Of a stretch of 64,000 nucleotides of DNA, positions 56,683 through 64,000 are shown one piece after another. The notes below the pieces were generated by a model. It was not told where the DNA came from. It saw only the letters and a program-made list of their open reading frames with translations, and did not search any database. The translations under genes were made by a program, and so were the position numbers. Numbering within the stretch: position 1 is the stretch's first letter; every line of letters starts with the position of its first letter. Source of the DNA: a virus. Location of the stretch: IMG/VR virus record IMGVR_UViG_3300031087_000015, positions 1 to 64,000 of that record. One strand, written 5' to 3'.

Positions 56683-57072
56683 TTAAATTGTTGGTTTCCA
56701 TACCGGAACTTTACGCATACACTCAAAATCGTTTCTGTGGCGATAATAAGCAGTAAGTCTTGCCACAAGGCACGCAGTGTATTTAACCACGTCCAATAAC
56801 TTATCTCGAGACATTGCGGTGACGATGTCTTTTGCTAATAAGTCAATAGGCTTACCCTCGTCCATACCTGGACCACCGATAATGTCGGGGAGATCCCCTT
56901 CGACCTTTCCTGCGGCTAATAACCTAGCTTTGCAGTAGCTACCCACGACCTCTAACTTGTCAAGGCAAACGCCTATCGTTGATTCGTCGGGTATGCCGAT
57001 TAGATCTATTTTTTCGCAATGCTTAACAAGCGAGCGAGCAGCATTGAATGAATTTACGTCAAGATAGTTCAC
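56683..57072 (-). CDS. Hypothetical protein
   Basis: 129 aa with GTGA overlap. Confidence 0.6.
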   Translation of the reverse strand: MNYLDVNSFNAARSLVKHCEKIDLIGIPDESTIGVCLDKLEVVGSYCKARLLAAGKVEGDLPDIIGGPGMDEGKPIDLLAKDIVTAMSRDKLLDVVKYTACLVARLTAYYRHRNDFECMRKVPVWKPTI

Positions 57073-57425
57073 GATTGGGCCTCAAGCACACTGAGGGCAG
57101 TAGATAACCGTATAGTCATAATTCCGGCTAGCTGTTGTGCCCGCAATTGATGTTTAACTGATTTCGTGGCTTCCAGTAAATGTTTCTTAAACTCTTCAGC
57201 GAGTAAATCCAACGGAAAGTCACGCAGCCCGGCGAAGTAAGCAACCTCTGCCATATTTTGAGCTGTTGCAATCTTACAATTGGGAATCTGTACCCCAGCA
57301 CTAGCTTGAACCACTGAAACCAGACAGGCACGAAGTAGTTCCGGCGTGTAGTTCATTTGGGCATCGGCAATGCGGAGTCGAATTATTAGTTTGTCAGCAA
57401 TAACGACGGTTCTGTAATCACTCAA
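57069..57425 (-). CDS. Hypothetical protein
   Basis: 118 aa, TTG start with AAGGAG SD. Confidence 0.6.
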   Translation of the reverse strand: MSDYRTVVIADKLIIRLRIADAQMNYTPELLRACLVSVVQASAGVQIPNCKIATAQNMAEVAYFAGLRDFPLDLLAEEFKKHLLEATKSVKHQLRAQQLAGIMTIRLSTALSVLEAQS

Positions 57426-57429
57426 AATT

Positions 57430-57660
57430 ATGACTCCTTTTAGCGGTGGCTTACGGCCACCTAAATGGAATGGGTTGCCTTTAAACGTCCAGACATACCG
57501 TTAGTCAACAAGTGACTAACTAAAAGGATAGATACTACGTATCTAATTAGTTTATAGTAAAATTCTCCCTTTGTTTGGCGTTTGTTTTGTCGCTCTACCC
57601 TTTCGAGTAGAGCGTGTCGCAATTAAGCATAGAATCATGCTAGGCCAGTAAAGAATTACT
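57430..57660 (-). promoter_or_regulatory. Promoter plus ~200-nt multi-hairpin leader or ncRNA
   Basis: TTTAC with 20 nt to the G of TATG (57628), then four hairpins before the RBS. Confidence 0.45.
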
Positions 57661-58717
57661 TTGTACTCGCAAAGCGTTTCATCACAGCCTGAGCACGATT
57701 ATCCGTTACCGCAAACTTACCTAATGTCCGTAACACAGACACGAGTTCCATTTGCGAATAGTGTTTGAGAGAATCGCCATAATAGTCGAATACACCTCCG
57801 TCACGAATACCCGCTTTCCGCATTGCTACAGCAGCCGGGTTTTTGTTGGTATGTCGACGCACCACTGATATAAAATCAGCAATTGCCATGCGACTACCGT
57901 CAAGGTACTTGGACACGTAGTGTGCTGACTTCAATACATCACGAGACTTATTGTCGCACACGGTCATCAACGCGATTACATCGCGGATTGTCATCGTATC
58001 TACCATCTCGATGGGTAGCGTTGACTTATATTTAAGCCAATCGTAGATGACGTTCATGTTACCTATCAGTGACATTGAGCTAGGCGCGCGCGCCCACGCA
58101 CGCACCTTAGCGTATGCTTCAGTTCCAACCATTTGCTCCAACGACAGACCGGTGTGTTGTTCTAAGAACACATCGCCTGAGTCAAAGCGCCCGTTGATAA
58201 CGAATTCCATGAATGAGGATAACTCAATCAAGTATCCGTTGGCAGACATCACTAGCTTGGACAAGACCACCAGAACATCGTTACTGTAGGTCGTAGGAAT
58301 GATGATGATATCAGAATTCAATCCTACCTTCGCTAGTGCCTTGTTCATCGTTGCGTGCTCTTCCTGGTTCTTGGGGACAGGCCAGAAGAGGATGTCGGGT
58401 TCGGAAACCCCAACCTGTAGCTCAACATTGACGCCGGCGGGTTTACGATCAACGATTTCGATGATGTCGATTTCTGGCTCAGTCGGGTCATCAACTTCAG
58501 ACCAATCAGTGTACTGACCAATATCGATTTGCGGGAACAGCTCTTCCCCTACTGTTACATCCACCCAATCACTCTGAGTTGAGTCGGATGCATTGCCCGG
58601 CTTTGCCTTAGGCGTAGTTGTTTCGTCATCGATCATGGTGACAGCGTACATTGCTAATGACGCTAGTGTCGTTGCAATCGCAACCCCGATCGTTGAAACC
58701 ACAAGTTGTCTATTCAC
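57656..58717 (-). CDS. Hypothetical membrane-anchored protein
   Basis: 353 aa, N-terminal hydrophobic helix, GGAGGT SD. Confidence 0.7.
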   Translation of the reverse strand: MNRQLVVSTIGVAIATTLASLAMYAVTMIDDETTTPKAKPGNASDSTQSDWVDVTVGEELFPQIDIGQYTDWSEVDDPTEPEIDIIEIVDRKPAGVNVELQVGVSEPDILFWPVPKNQEEHATMNKALAKVGLNSDIIIIPTTYSNDVLVVLSKLVMSANGYLIELSSFMEFVINGRFDSGDVFLEQHTGLSLEQMVGTEAYAKVRAWARAPSSMSLIGNMNVIYDWLKYKSTLPIEMVDTMTIRDVIALMTVCDNKSRDVLKSAHYVSKYLDGSRMAIADFISVVRRHTNKNPAAVAMRKAGIRDGGVFDYYGDSLKHYSQMELVSVLRTLGKFAVTDNRAQAVMKRFASTK

Positions 58718-59076
58718 ACTTCACCTCCTAAGGTGTATGGGATTTTATACGCCTTGCATACTGCGATCAGGTACTCCACCAGTAAGTGGCGGTGACAGAA
58801 CTTGCCGGCCTTGCAGTAGCAGGCAATAGCAATCTTATCCTTAGATAGCAGTGCAAGCCACTCGTCCTTGTTTTTCAAAAAGGACTGGCGCATGAGTTCA
58901 TGATAAACTTCTGTATAAGCGGCTTCGGATATCACACCAGACTTAACATCCATTACGATGCTCCAAGTAGGCGCAAACGCAGGAAGGCCATCTTTTACAG
59001 TCGTGTTGATTAACTCAATACCCAGCTCCTTGCACTTTCTCCACTGTGCAATCTGAACTGTGTATATCGTTACCAT
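58714..59076 (-). CDS. DUF488-like protein
   Basis: FAPTW, Y...Y, IACYC....CHRHLL. Confidence 0.75.
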   Translation of the reverse strand: MVTIYTVQIAQWRKCKELGIELINTTVKDGLPAFAPTWSIVMDVKSGVISEAAYTEVYHELMRQSFLKNKDEWLALLSKDKIAIACYCKAGKFCHRHLLVEYLIAVCKAYKIPYTLGGEV

Positions 59077-59225
59077 TCTGAGTTGTCGGGTTCGTCTGGG
59101 TCAGTGAATGGACGCGTGAAATCGCTGGCACCTTCTACTTGCTGCTCGATCCACGCCATACGTTCGTCGAAGTCCGGTAGACGCTCGTTCAGTTCCTGGT
59201 GATACTGTTCGGCTTCTCGACACAT
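59070..59225 (-). CDS. Small acidic protein (51 aa, below the ORF-track cutoff)
   Basis: MCREAEQYHQELNERLPDFDERMAWIEQQ...; GAGGT SD; stop overlaps the next start (ATGGTAA). Confidence 0.65.
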   Translation of the reverse strand: MCREAEQYHQELNERLPDFDERMAWIEQQVEGASDFTRPFTDPDEPDNSEW

Positions 59226-59273
59226 TTTACTATACCTCTGTTAAATAAGTAATTTTTTACTTTATTGGTTTAT

Positions 59274-59465
59274 GATTTGAGAGAAATGCTCTCGATGGTT
59301 GACACAACACGCATGCAGCAGCAGACGCTAGCAGCAATGCAGATGTTGACCAGTTGTAGGGGGCGGCTCCTGTGATCATTGCCTGATGACAGGCGCTTGA
59401 GATATCGGGAAGCCGCCACCACACGAAGACAATTGGGGAGCACCTTCGGGTGTTCCTCTTATGCC
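59274..59465 (+). ncRNA. Candidate structured ncRNA
   Basis: TATG at 59271-59274; several G-U-containing helices that favour the + strand; UUCG terminator followed by TTATGCC, with no upstream + strand gene. Confidence 0.5.
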
Positions 59466-59515
59466 CTCACTCTAATAATGTGTATCTGTAATTACACTGA
59501 CCCTGAGGAGGGCGT

Positions 59516-60076
59516 ATGCGAGTACTGTGGTACTTAAGTTGGATACCATTAGCCATAATGGCTGTGGTCACGGGGTTGCTTGCTTACCCCTTCGTTCCCA
59601 TTGCAGTTCTGTTCCGTAAAAGGGAGAGGTTGCCGTGGATATTCTGGTGGCTGGAAACGTACGACAACCCGATCTACGGGGAACCGTCGCATATCCGGCG
59701 CTGGGAAAACTTTGTAGCCGCACATCCAAAGATAGGACCCTATGTACAGCGGGTCGCGTGGCTCTGGCGCAACAAAGCATATAACTTTGACTATTGGATC
59801 TGTGGGCGGGAATTCAGTGGTCCGTTCCGATTGTGGGGTAATCCGGGCGTAGAGTCAGGTTCACCAGTGGTGAGCGAAGGCTATGTGTTCATACTCACTC
59901 CCAAGACCTGGTGTCTCTTTGCATTCTTGCCGATCGTTAAGGTAGGCGACTACCAGTACTACCTCAGGCTGTACTTAGGGTGGAAAACTAAGAAACTTGG
60001 TTCTCACCCAGAAGCCCATGAACGGGGTATGTTGGCAAGCCACGTCAATCCGTTCAGGCGGATAAAAATAAAATAG
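59516..60076 (+). CDS. Hypothetical membrane protein (Trp-rich phage family)
   Basis: 186 aa, GAGGAGG SD, N-terminal TM, WLETYDN and WLWRN motifs. Confidence 0.7.
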   Translation: MRVLWYLSWIPLAIMAVVTGLLAYPFVPIAVLFRKRERLPWIFWWLETYDNPIYGEPSHIRRWENFVAAHPKIGPYVQRVAWLWRNKAYNFDYWICGREFSGPFRLWGNPGVESGSPVVSEGYVFILTPKTWCLFAFLPIVKVGDYQYYLRLYLGWKTKKLGSHPEAHERGMLASHVNPFRRIKIK

Positions 60077-60085
60077 CGCATAGTT

Positions 60086-60120
60086 ACCCTCTACCCCGCA
60101 AAGGGTAGAGGGTTTATGCC
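60086..60120. terminator. Bidirectional terminator
   Basis: ACCCTCTACCC-cgcaaa-GGGTAGAGGGT followed by TTATGCC. Confidence 0.85.
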
Positions 60121-60121
60121 G

Positions 60122-60991
60122 TTAGAGCTGTGCTGCACTCAATGATTTCAACAGCAACTCATAATCGCTGTGCTCTTCAAATGCGTCCAGGATATCCAGA
60201 AGTTCGGTCGGGAACCGTTGGAGTCCTTCACTATACCCGCAGGCCAAGGTAAGGATGTTATTGCGTTTCTCTTCGCAATCAGCGTATTGGTCTACATTCC
60301 ACAACACAATGCTTGCCGCATTAATGGCCGTGTAAACATCATGACCGAAGTTATGGTCCCGACCATGCAGGTCAATCAACCCTGCAATATTTGTCGATGT
60401 AAGGCCCTTAGAGGCCGTTATCTTTTTAGCCAGGGCAAACATTCGATCGTTAGCTTTGCAGAGCGTACGGGACGACTCAAGCTGTCGTGGCGTAGTAAAC
60501 ACGTTGAAATGCCGCCGGTCATCACCACGGGTGAACCGAGGGTATGTGCCGCCATCAAGTGGTCGACAAACAGTACCTTTGACAACACGCGGTTTAGCGG
60601 TATCGGTCATGTTATCGGCGGTTACGCGACGAGTAATGAACGTGTTCATTTTCTCCAGTAACTCAGTCCAACCGTTCTTGAAGTTGTCCGCAATTTCACA
60701 CGACGGGAACATCACGCTATCCAACGTACCGTCATAGTTAGCAACTACCCAGTTCCCAGCTAACAGGATAGAGCGCGCGCAGGTTTGACAGTGACGGTAG
60801 TGCTCAGCCTCCGGTTCGTCGGGTAGTTGAGTATAGAAATAATGAAGGATAGCTTTTGTATCCAGTGGGACGGTGCAGTAAGGCAACTGAACGCCTTCCT
60901 CATCAGTATCCCACATCGCCATCTGCCCGTGCATGATAATAGCGTGAAGTTCGTCTGGACCCACGTTCTCAATTTTAGTTTGTTCTGACAT
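60122..60991 (-). CDS. Hypothetical protein
   Basis: 289 aa, AAGGA SD, HYRHCQTCAR motif. Confidence 0.7.
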   Translation of the reverse strand: MSEQTKIENVGPDELHAIIMHGQMAMWDTDEEGVQLPYCTVPLDTKAILHYFYTQLPDEPEAEHYRHCQTCARSILLAGNWVVANYDGTLDSVMFPSCEIADNFKNGWTELLEKMNTFITRRVTADNMTDTAKPRVVKGTVCRPLDGGTYPRFTRGDDRRHFNVFTTPRQLESSRTLCKANDRMFALAKKITASKGLTSTNIAGLIDLHGRDHNFGHDVYTAINAASIVLWNVDQYADCEEKRNNILTLACGYSEGLQRFPTELLDILDAFEEHSDYELLLKSLSAAQL

Positions 60992-61015
60992 TTTGATTCC
61001 TTAGGGGCAAAAGAT

Positions 61016-61033
61016 GGGAGACCGAAGTCTCCC
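61016..61033 (-). terminator. Terminator
   Basis: GGGAGAC-cgaa-GTCTCCC. Confidence 0.65.
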
Positions 61034-61040
61034 TGGGTTT

Positions 61041-62111
61041 TTATTTAAATGAAACCGAACGCTCGAGACTGTGGTCAAAAGTAATACCACGATACTTATC
61101 ACGAGTAACGCGCAGCGCGTCGATGGAGAGAACCACGTCAGCTTCCATGGTGTGTGGAATATGGTGCGGCTCCATCATGAAGCAGTGCGGCTGGCAGGCC
61201 AGAATGCCAATTGCGACCTTATTGTCAATAACCGCCTGAGTGCGTTGGTTACGGATCATGCTACGATCGCTTGAGGCATTGTAGAAGATGAAATCGGGTG
61301 ACTCATTGTCAACCCATTCCAGCGAACGATCCAGCCAGGCAGTAATGTCCTGAAGACGATACTGTCCCGCGTTAAACGCGATCAGCACCAGCGTGCCTGG
61401 CACCAGACCGAATTCGTCTGGAATCAGTTTCTTCAGTTCTTCGGTAGCGAAGACGGCCACTGGTTTAGGACGCTCAATCAGCTCCAGCTCAGCCGGAACT
61501 TCCTGCACCTCCGCAGCTTCAGTGAAGTTCGTTTCAGCAGTATCTGCTACCTGGTACTGTTGTTCGCCACTGCGACCTTTCAGCACGTCAACCAGCGTAG
61601 TTCCCTGCGCCTCGAGTTCACTGTCCAACAGAGTAATCGGATCTTCTGACTTCTCTTTGGCAGTAAGTTCAACGCCAAAGTCCGCAGCGACTTCTGCCAA
61701 TGCATCAGACGGCCAGAGAGACTCATCTTTAAGCGGCTGCACGCGACCATACGCCTGCTCCAAAGACACGGCGCTGGATGTCGGGGTAGACAGAGCAATG
61801 GTGCGAGTTTCGAAAGGTACATCGTTGACCTTGCGTTTCAACTCCTCCCATTTCTGCTGACCACCGAATGCTTCAATCTGTTCAGCTGAAGGTTCGTCGT
61901 CCGGCAGTCGCAATTTACCCGCTTCGGCGTCAGCCTGGAACCGAGCAAAGCCTTCGGGATCGATGCTATAGCCTTCTGGCAGCGTGCCCGCTTCCGGCAC
62001 CTTACCCTTTTCAGCTGCCGGGATTGTTAAAGATTCGTTAGTATTCGCACTAACGTCAACCACGGTTGTTGACACGTTTGGTGTCTTCTTGCCTTTATTT
62101 TTCTTCGCCAT
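61041..62111 (-). CDS. Hypothetical protein with acidic disordered N-terminal half
   Basis: 356 aa with GAGGT SD. Confidence 0.7.
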   Translation of the reverse strand: MAKKNKGKKTPNVSTTVVDVSANTNESLTIPAAEKGKVPEAGTLPEGYSIDPEGFARFQADAEAGKLRLPDDEPSAEQIEAFGGQQKWEELKRKVNDVPFETRTIALSTPTSSAVSLEQAYGRVQPLKDESLWPSDALAEVAADFGVELTAKEKSEDPITLLDSELEAQGTTLVDVLKGRSGEQQYQVADTAETNFTEAAEVQEVPAELELIERPKPVAVFATEELKKLIPDEFGLVPGTLVLIAFNAGQYRLQDITAWLDRSLEWVDNESPDFIFYNASSDRSMIRNQRTQAVIDNKVAIGILACQPHCFMMEPHHIPHTMEADVVLSIDALRVTRDKYRGITFDHSLERSVSFK

Positions 62112-62310
62112 TTAAAACCTCACACGATTCTGTATGTGTGCCGAACGTGGACATAACTTCGACCATGTGCAGCGTAACTGTTGGTAATGCTTTATCGGTG
62201 GTGACCTCTGAAAGCTGATAGCCGTCACCGACTAAACCCAAAGATACCAAAGTTCTACGTTCCCCAGGGAAGGGAGAGAAGCTAAACTGTGCTACTTGTT
62301 CACCCACCAT
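62095..62310 (-). CDS. Hypothetical protein
   Basis: 71 aa, fills the operon gap, AGGA SD. Confidence 0.5.
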   Translation of the reverse strand: MVGEQVAQFSFSPFPGERRTLVSLGLVGDGYQLSEVTTDKALPTVTLHMVEVMSTFGTHTESCEVLNGEEK

Positions 62311-63349
62311 AATGTCCTACCTTATCAACGATCCACTCTGGTGAAATGGATACTACTTCGTAATCATCGTTATCCGGATCTTTATATTCGAAGTTCAGGT
62401 CGGCGCTGCGCCAGAACGTCGTGCCCGGATGTAACACCAACCCACTCCCACAAAATGCCATGCCCGCTTCAGCGTAGTAGATTTCGGTCATGGATGGGTG
62501 TCGTTCGCTAAGGAGATCGTAATAATCTTCATTAGGTGGAGACCAGGCCGTGTCGAAGTCCAGATAAACCATCTTAGTGTCTTCATCGACGTTAACATGG
62601 AACTGGAATCCTGGCCACTTAGTCCCGTACTTAGACACGTAACTACCGTAGCTGGAGTGACGACTGCCTAACCGCCCTAACCGAAGTGGGTTATCCGGAT
62701 CAGGCGCACGCATGTGGCCATTGAACCCGTTTATCTCAGGTAAGACATCAGGCGGGATAACCTCCAACATAGAGTGATAGCCATCGGGGTCCGTGGGTTC
62801 CTTTACACGCACCGGGATTTCCTCATCTTTCCGGTAGTAGTAATTTAACCAGCCGAAATAGCGATCGTTAATGGTGTTAGTTTGATCTGTTCGTGTAAAC
62901 ATATCGGCACAGTAATCGAAATAGACTTCTTTGAAAAGATCGGCACTCTGTTTCCAGGACTCCGAAGCAGTTACGCACTCCACGAGTGTGTCGATGGTAT
63001 CAAAGAAACGACGACTGTTGGCAAAGGCAACCAATCGAGTTAATTTGTCAGTATCAAATACCCCGGTTAATTCCAAGGCAAGATCTGACGCCTCGTCGTC
63101 GATAGGCTTATTGAAGTCTACACGAGCACCGCCGTATTTAGTCATCCAGCTAAAAGGTTCGTGACCGTAGCACTCTCCACGAACGCGAATAACCCCTGAG
63201 AAGACTAGAAGGAATAGCGCCCTGGCTGAGTGCACGCCGTGTGCCAACAGTTCGCTGAACCCGGATGAATCCATGGCCTGGATAACGCTCTCTCTTGTAG
63301 CACCTTTCGCCGGATCGAAGTAGATCCTGTTTGCTACCCAGTTTGGCAT
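62300..63349 (-). CDS. DUF1281/YubB ferredoxin-like domain protein
   Basis: MPNWVAN start, YGTKW, FDTAWSPP, YYAEAGMAFCG. Confidence 0.8.
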   Translation of the reverse strand: MPNWVANRIYFDPAKGATRESVIQAMDSSGFSELLAHGVHSARALFLLVFSGVIRVRGECYGHEPFSWMTKYGGARVDFNKPIDDEASDLALELTGVFDTDKLTRLVAFANSRRFFDTIDTLVECVTASESWKQSADLFKEVYFDYCADMFTRTDQTNTINDRYFGWLNYYYRKDEEIPVRVKEPTDPDGYHSMLEVIPPDVLPEINGFNGHMRAPDPDNPLRLGRLGSRHSSYGSYVSKYGTKWPGFQFHVNVDEDTKMVYLDFDTAWSPPNEDYYDLLSERHPSMTEIYYAEAGMAFCGSGLVLHPGTTFWRSADLNFEYKDPDNDDYEVVSISPEWIVDKVGHYGG

Positions 63350-63359
63350 TACTGTCCCC

Positions 63360-63701
63360 CTACGCGCCTGACGTGCGCTCCAGAATGTGGGTATGCAGGA
63401 GATCAACTAGATCCTCTGCTTCTTCTAACAGCGCACAACGAATGAAAATCCTATCGATCTTCGGATGGTTGGTAATGTCAAATTCAACCACAGGTTGTTT
63501 GCCGCGCATGGTCAGACGATTATAAGCCCGAATACCGTTGACCATTGAGAACTTAACCAATGCTGTTCTGCCTGGTCCTTGAATCACCATCACTGGATTT
63601 GAGTGACGACTGATCATCAACTCGTACTCTGAACCTAGAGCAGTGAATGGTAAATTAGATCCGCCCAATACTGCCCCAGGCGTAATTGCATTTACGTCCA
63701 T
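63360..63701 (-). CDS. Hypothetical protein
   Basis: 113 aa with AAGGA SD. Confidence 0.65.
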   Translation of the reverse strand: MDVNAITPGAVLGGSNLPFTALGSEYELMISRHSNPVMVIQGPGRTALVKFSMVNGIRAYNRLTMRGKQPVVEFDITNHPKIDRIFIRCALLEEAEDLVDLLHTHILERTSGA

Positions 63702-63711
63702 AACTACGTCC

Positions 63712-63984
63712 TTACTTTTTCAAAGACAGCAACCAGTCACACATGTGCTCACGCATAGCACGATGTCCGTAGCCAGGCTCAGTGAAGGTCTCTGTATGAC
63801 CTGGATACGTGAGTATCTGTTTGCCATTTTTATAGCTAACCTCGATGCTGCAACGTTTGATGATTTCCCACACCCAGAATTCATTTTTGTATGGGTTGAA
63901 GTCACGGTCGGGATGCTGGTAACTAACGTAGATCTCCCTGCCTTCGGAATCACGTTCCCAGCGACAATCGGTGAAGCGACACAT
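63712..63984 (-). CDS. Hypothetical protein (may extend beyond the window)
   Basis: At least 90 aa; DFNPYKN..W..IIK pattern. Confidence 0.55.
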   Translation of the reverse strand: MCRFTDCRWERDSEGREIYVSYQHPDRDFNPYKNEFWVWEIIKRCSIEVSYKNGKQILTYPGHTETFTEPGYGHRAMREHMCDWLLSLKK

Positions 63985-64000
63985 TTCAGCGAGTCGCTCT

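Noticed and set aside
59362-59421. tRNA or tmRNA gene suggested by a 7-bp stem plus ACCA
   Set aside because: Only 60 nt with no D or T arms and no TTC loop; kept only as part of an unclassified ncRNA candidate.
1-64000. Stop-codon reassignment, inteins, transposases, tRNA or rRNA genes
   Set aside because: Conserved genes are intact in the standard code, and no such signatures were seen by eye.

Overview
This window is part of a nucleus-forming jumbo phage genome (phiKZ-like, Chimalliviridae), with the core block running mostly on the - strand. It contains chimallin (ChmA), three non-virion RNA polymerase (nvRNAP) genes plus the gp68-like specificity subunit, and a virion RNAP beta' fragment. 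It also has both halves of a split family-B DNA polymerase, an SF2 helicase, an SbcD/Mre11 nuclease, probable PicA and ChmC, virion/baseplate genes and many accessory ORFs. Orthology to phiKZ gp numbers rests on motifs plus recalled gene order, not on database searches. The main observation lies in the intergenic DNA: three ~100-nt promoter-to-terminator units with no ORF (55400-55508, 48303-48409, 32060-32158). They share one promoter layout (A-tract-TTAC, then 19-20 nt to the G of TATG) and carry exposed anti-Shine-Dalgarno sequences. These are complementary to ribosome-binding sites of distant genes: an 18-nt perfect match to the gp68-like gene, and shorter matches to nvRNAP beta and beta', chmA and chmC. 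This suggests a phage-encoded trans-acting sRNA feedback network that silences early nucleus and transcription genes. Other observations are a P2-type TTTTTTG -1 frameshift, two possible ChmA isoforms, a tandem-domain ChmC with an SSB-like tail, a structured + strand ncRNA, and a conserved TTATGYC motif after terminators.
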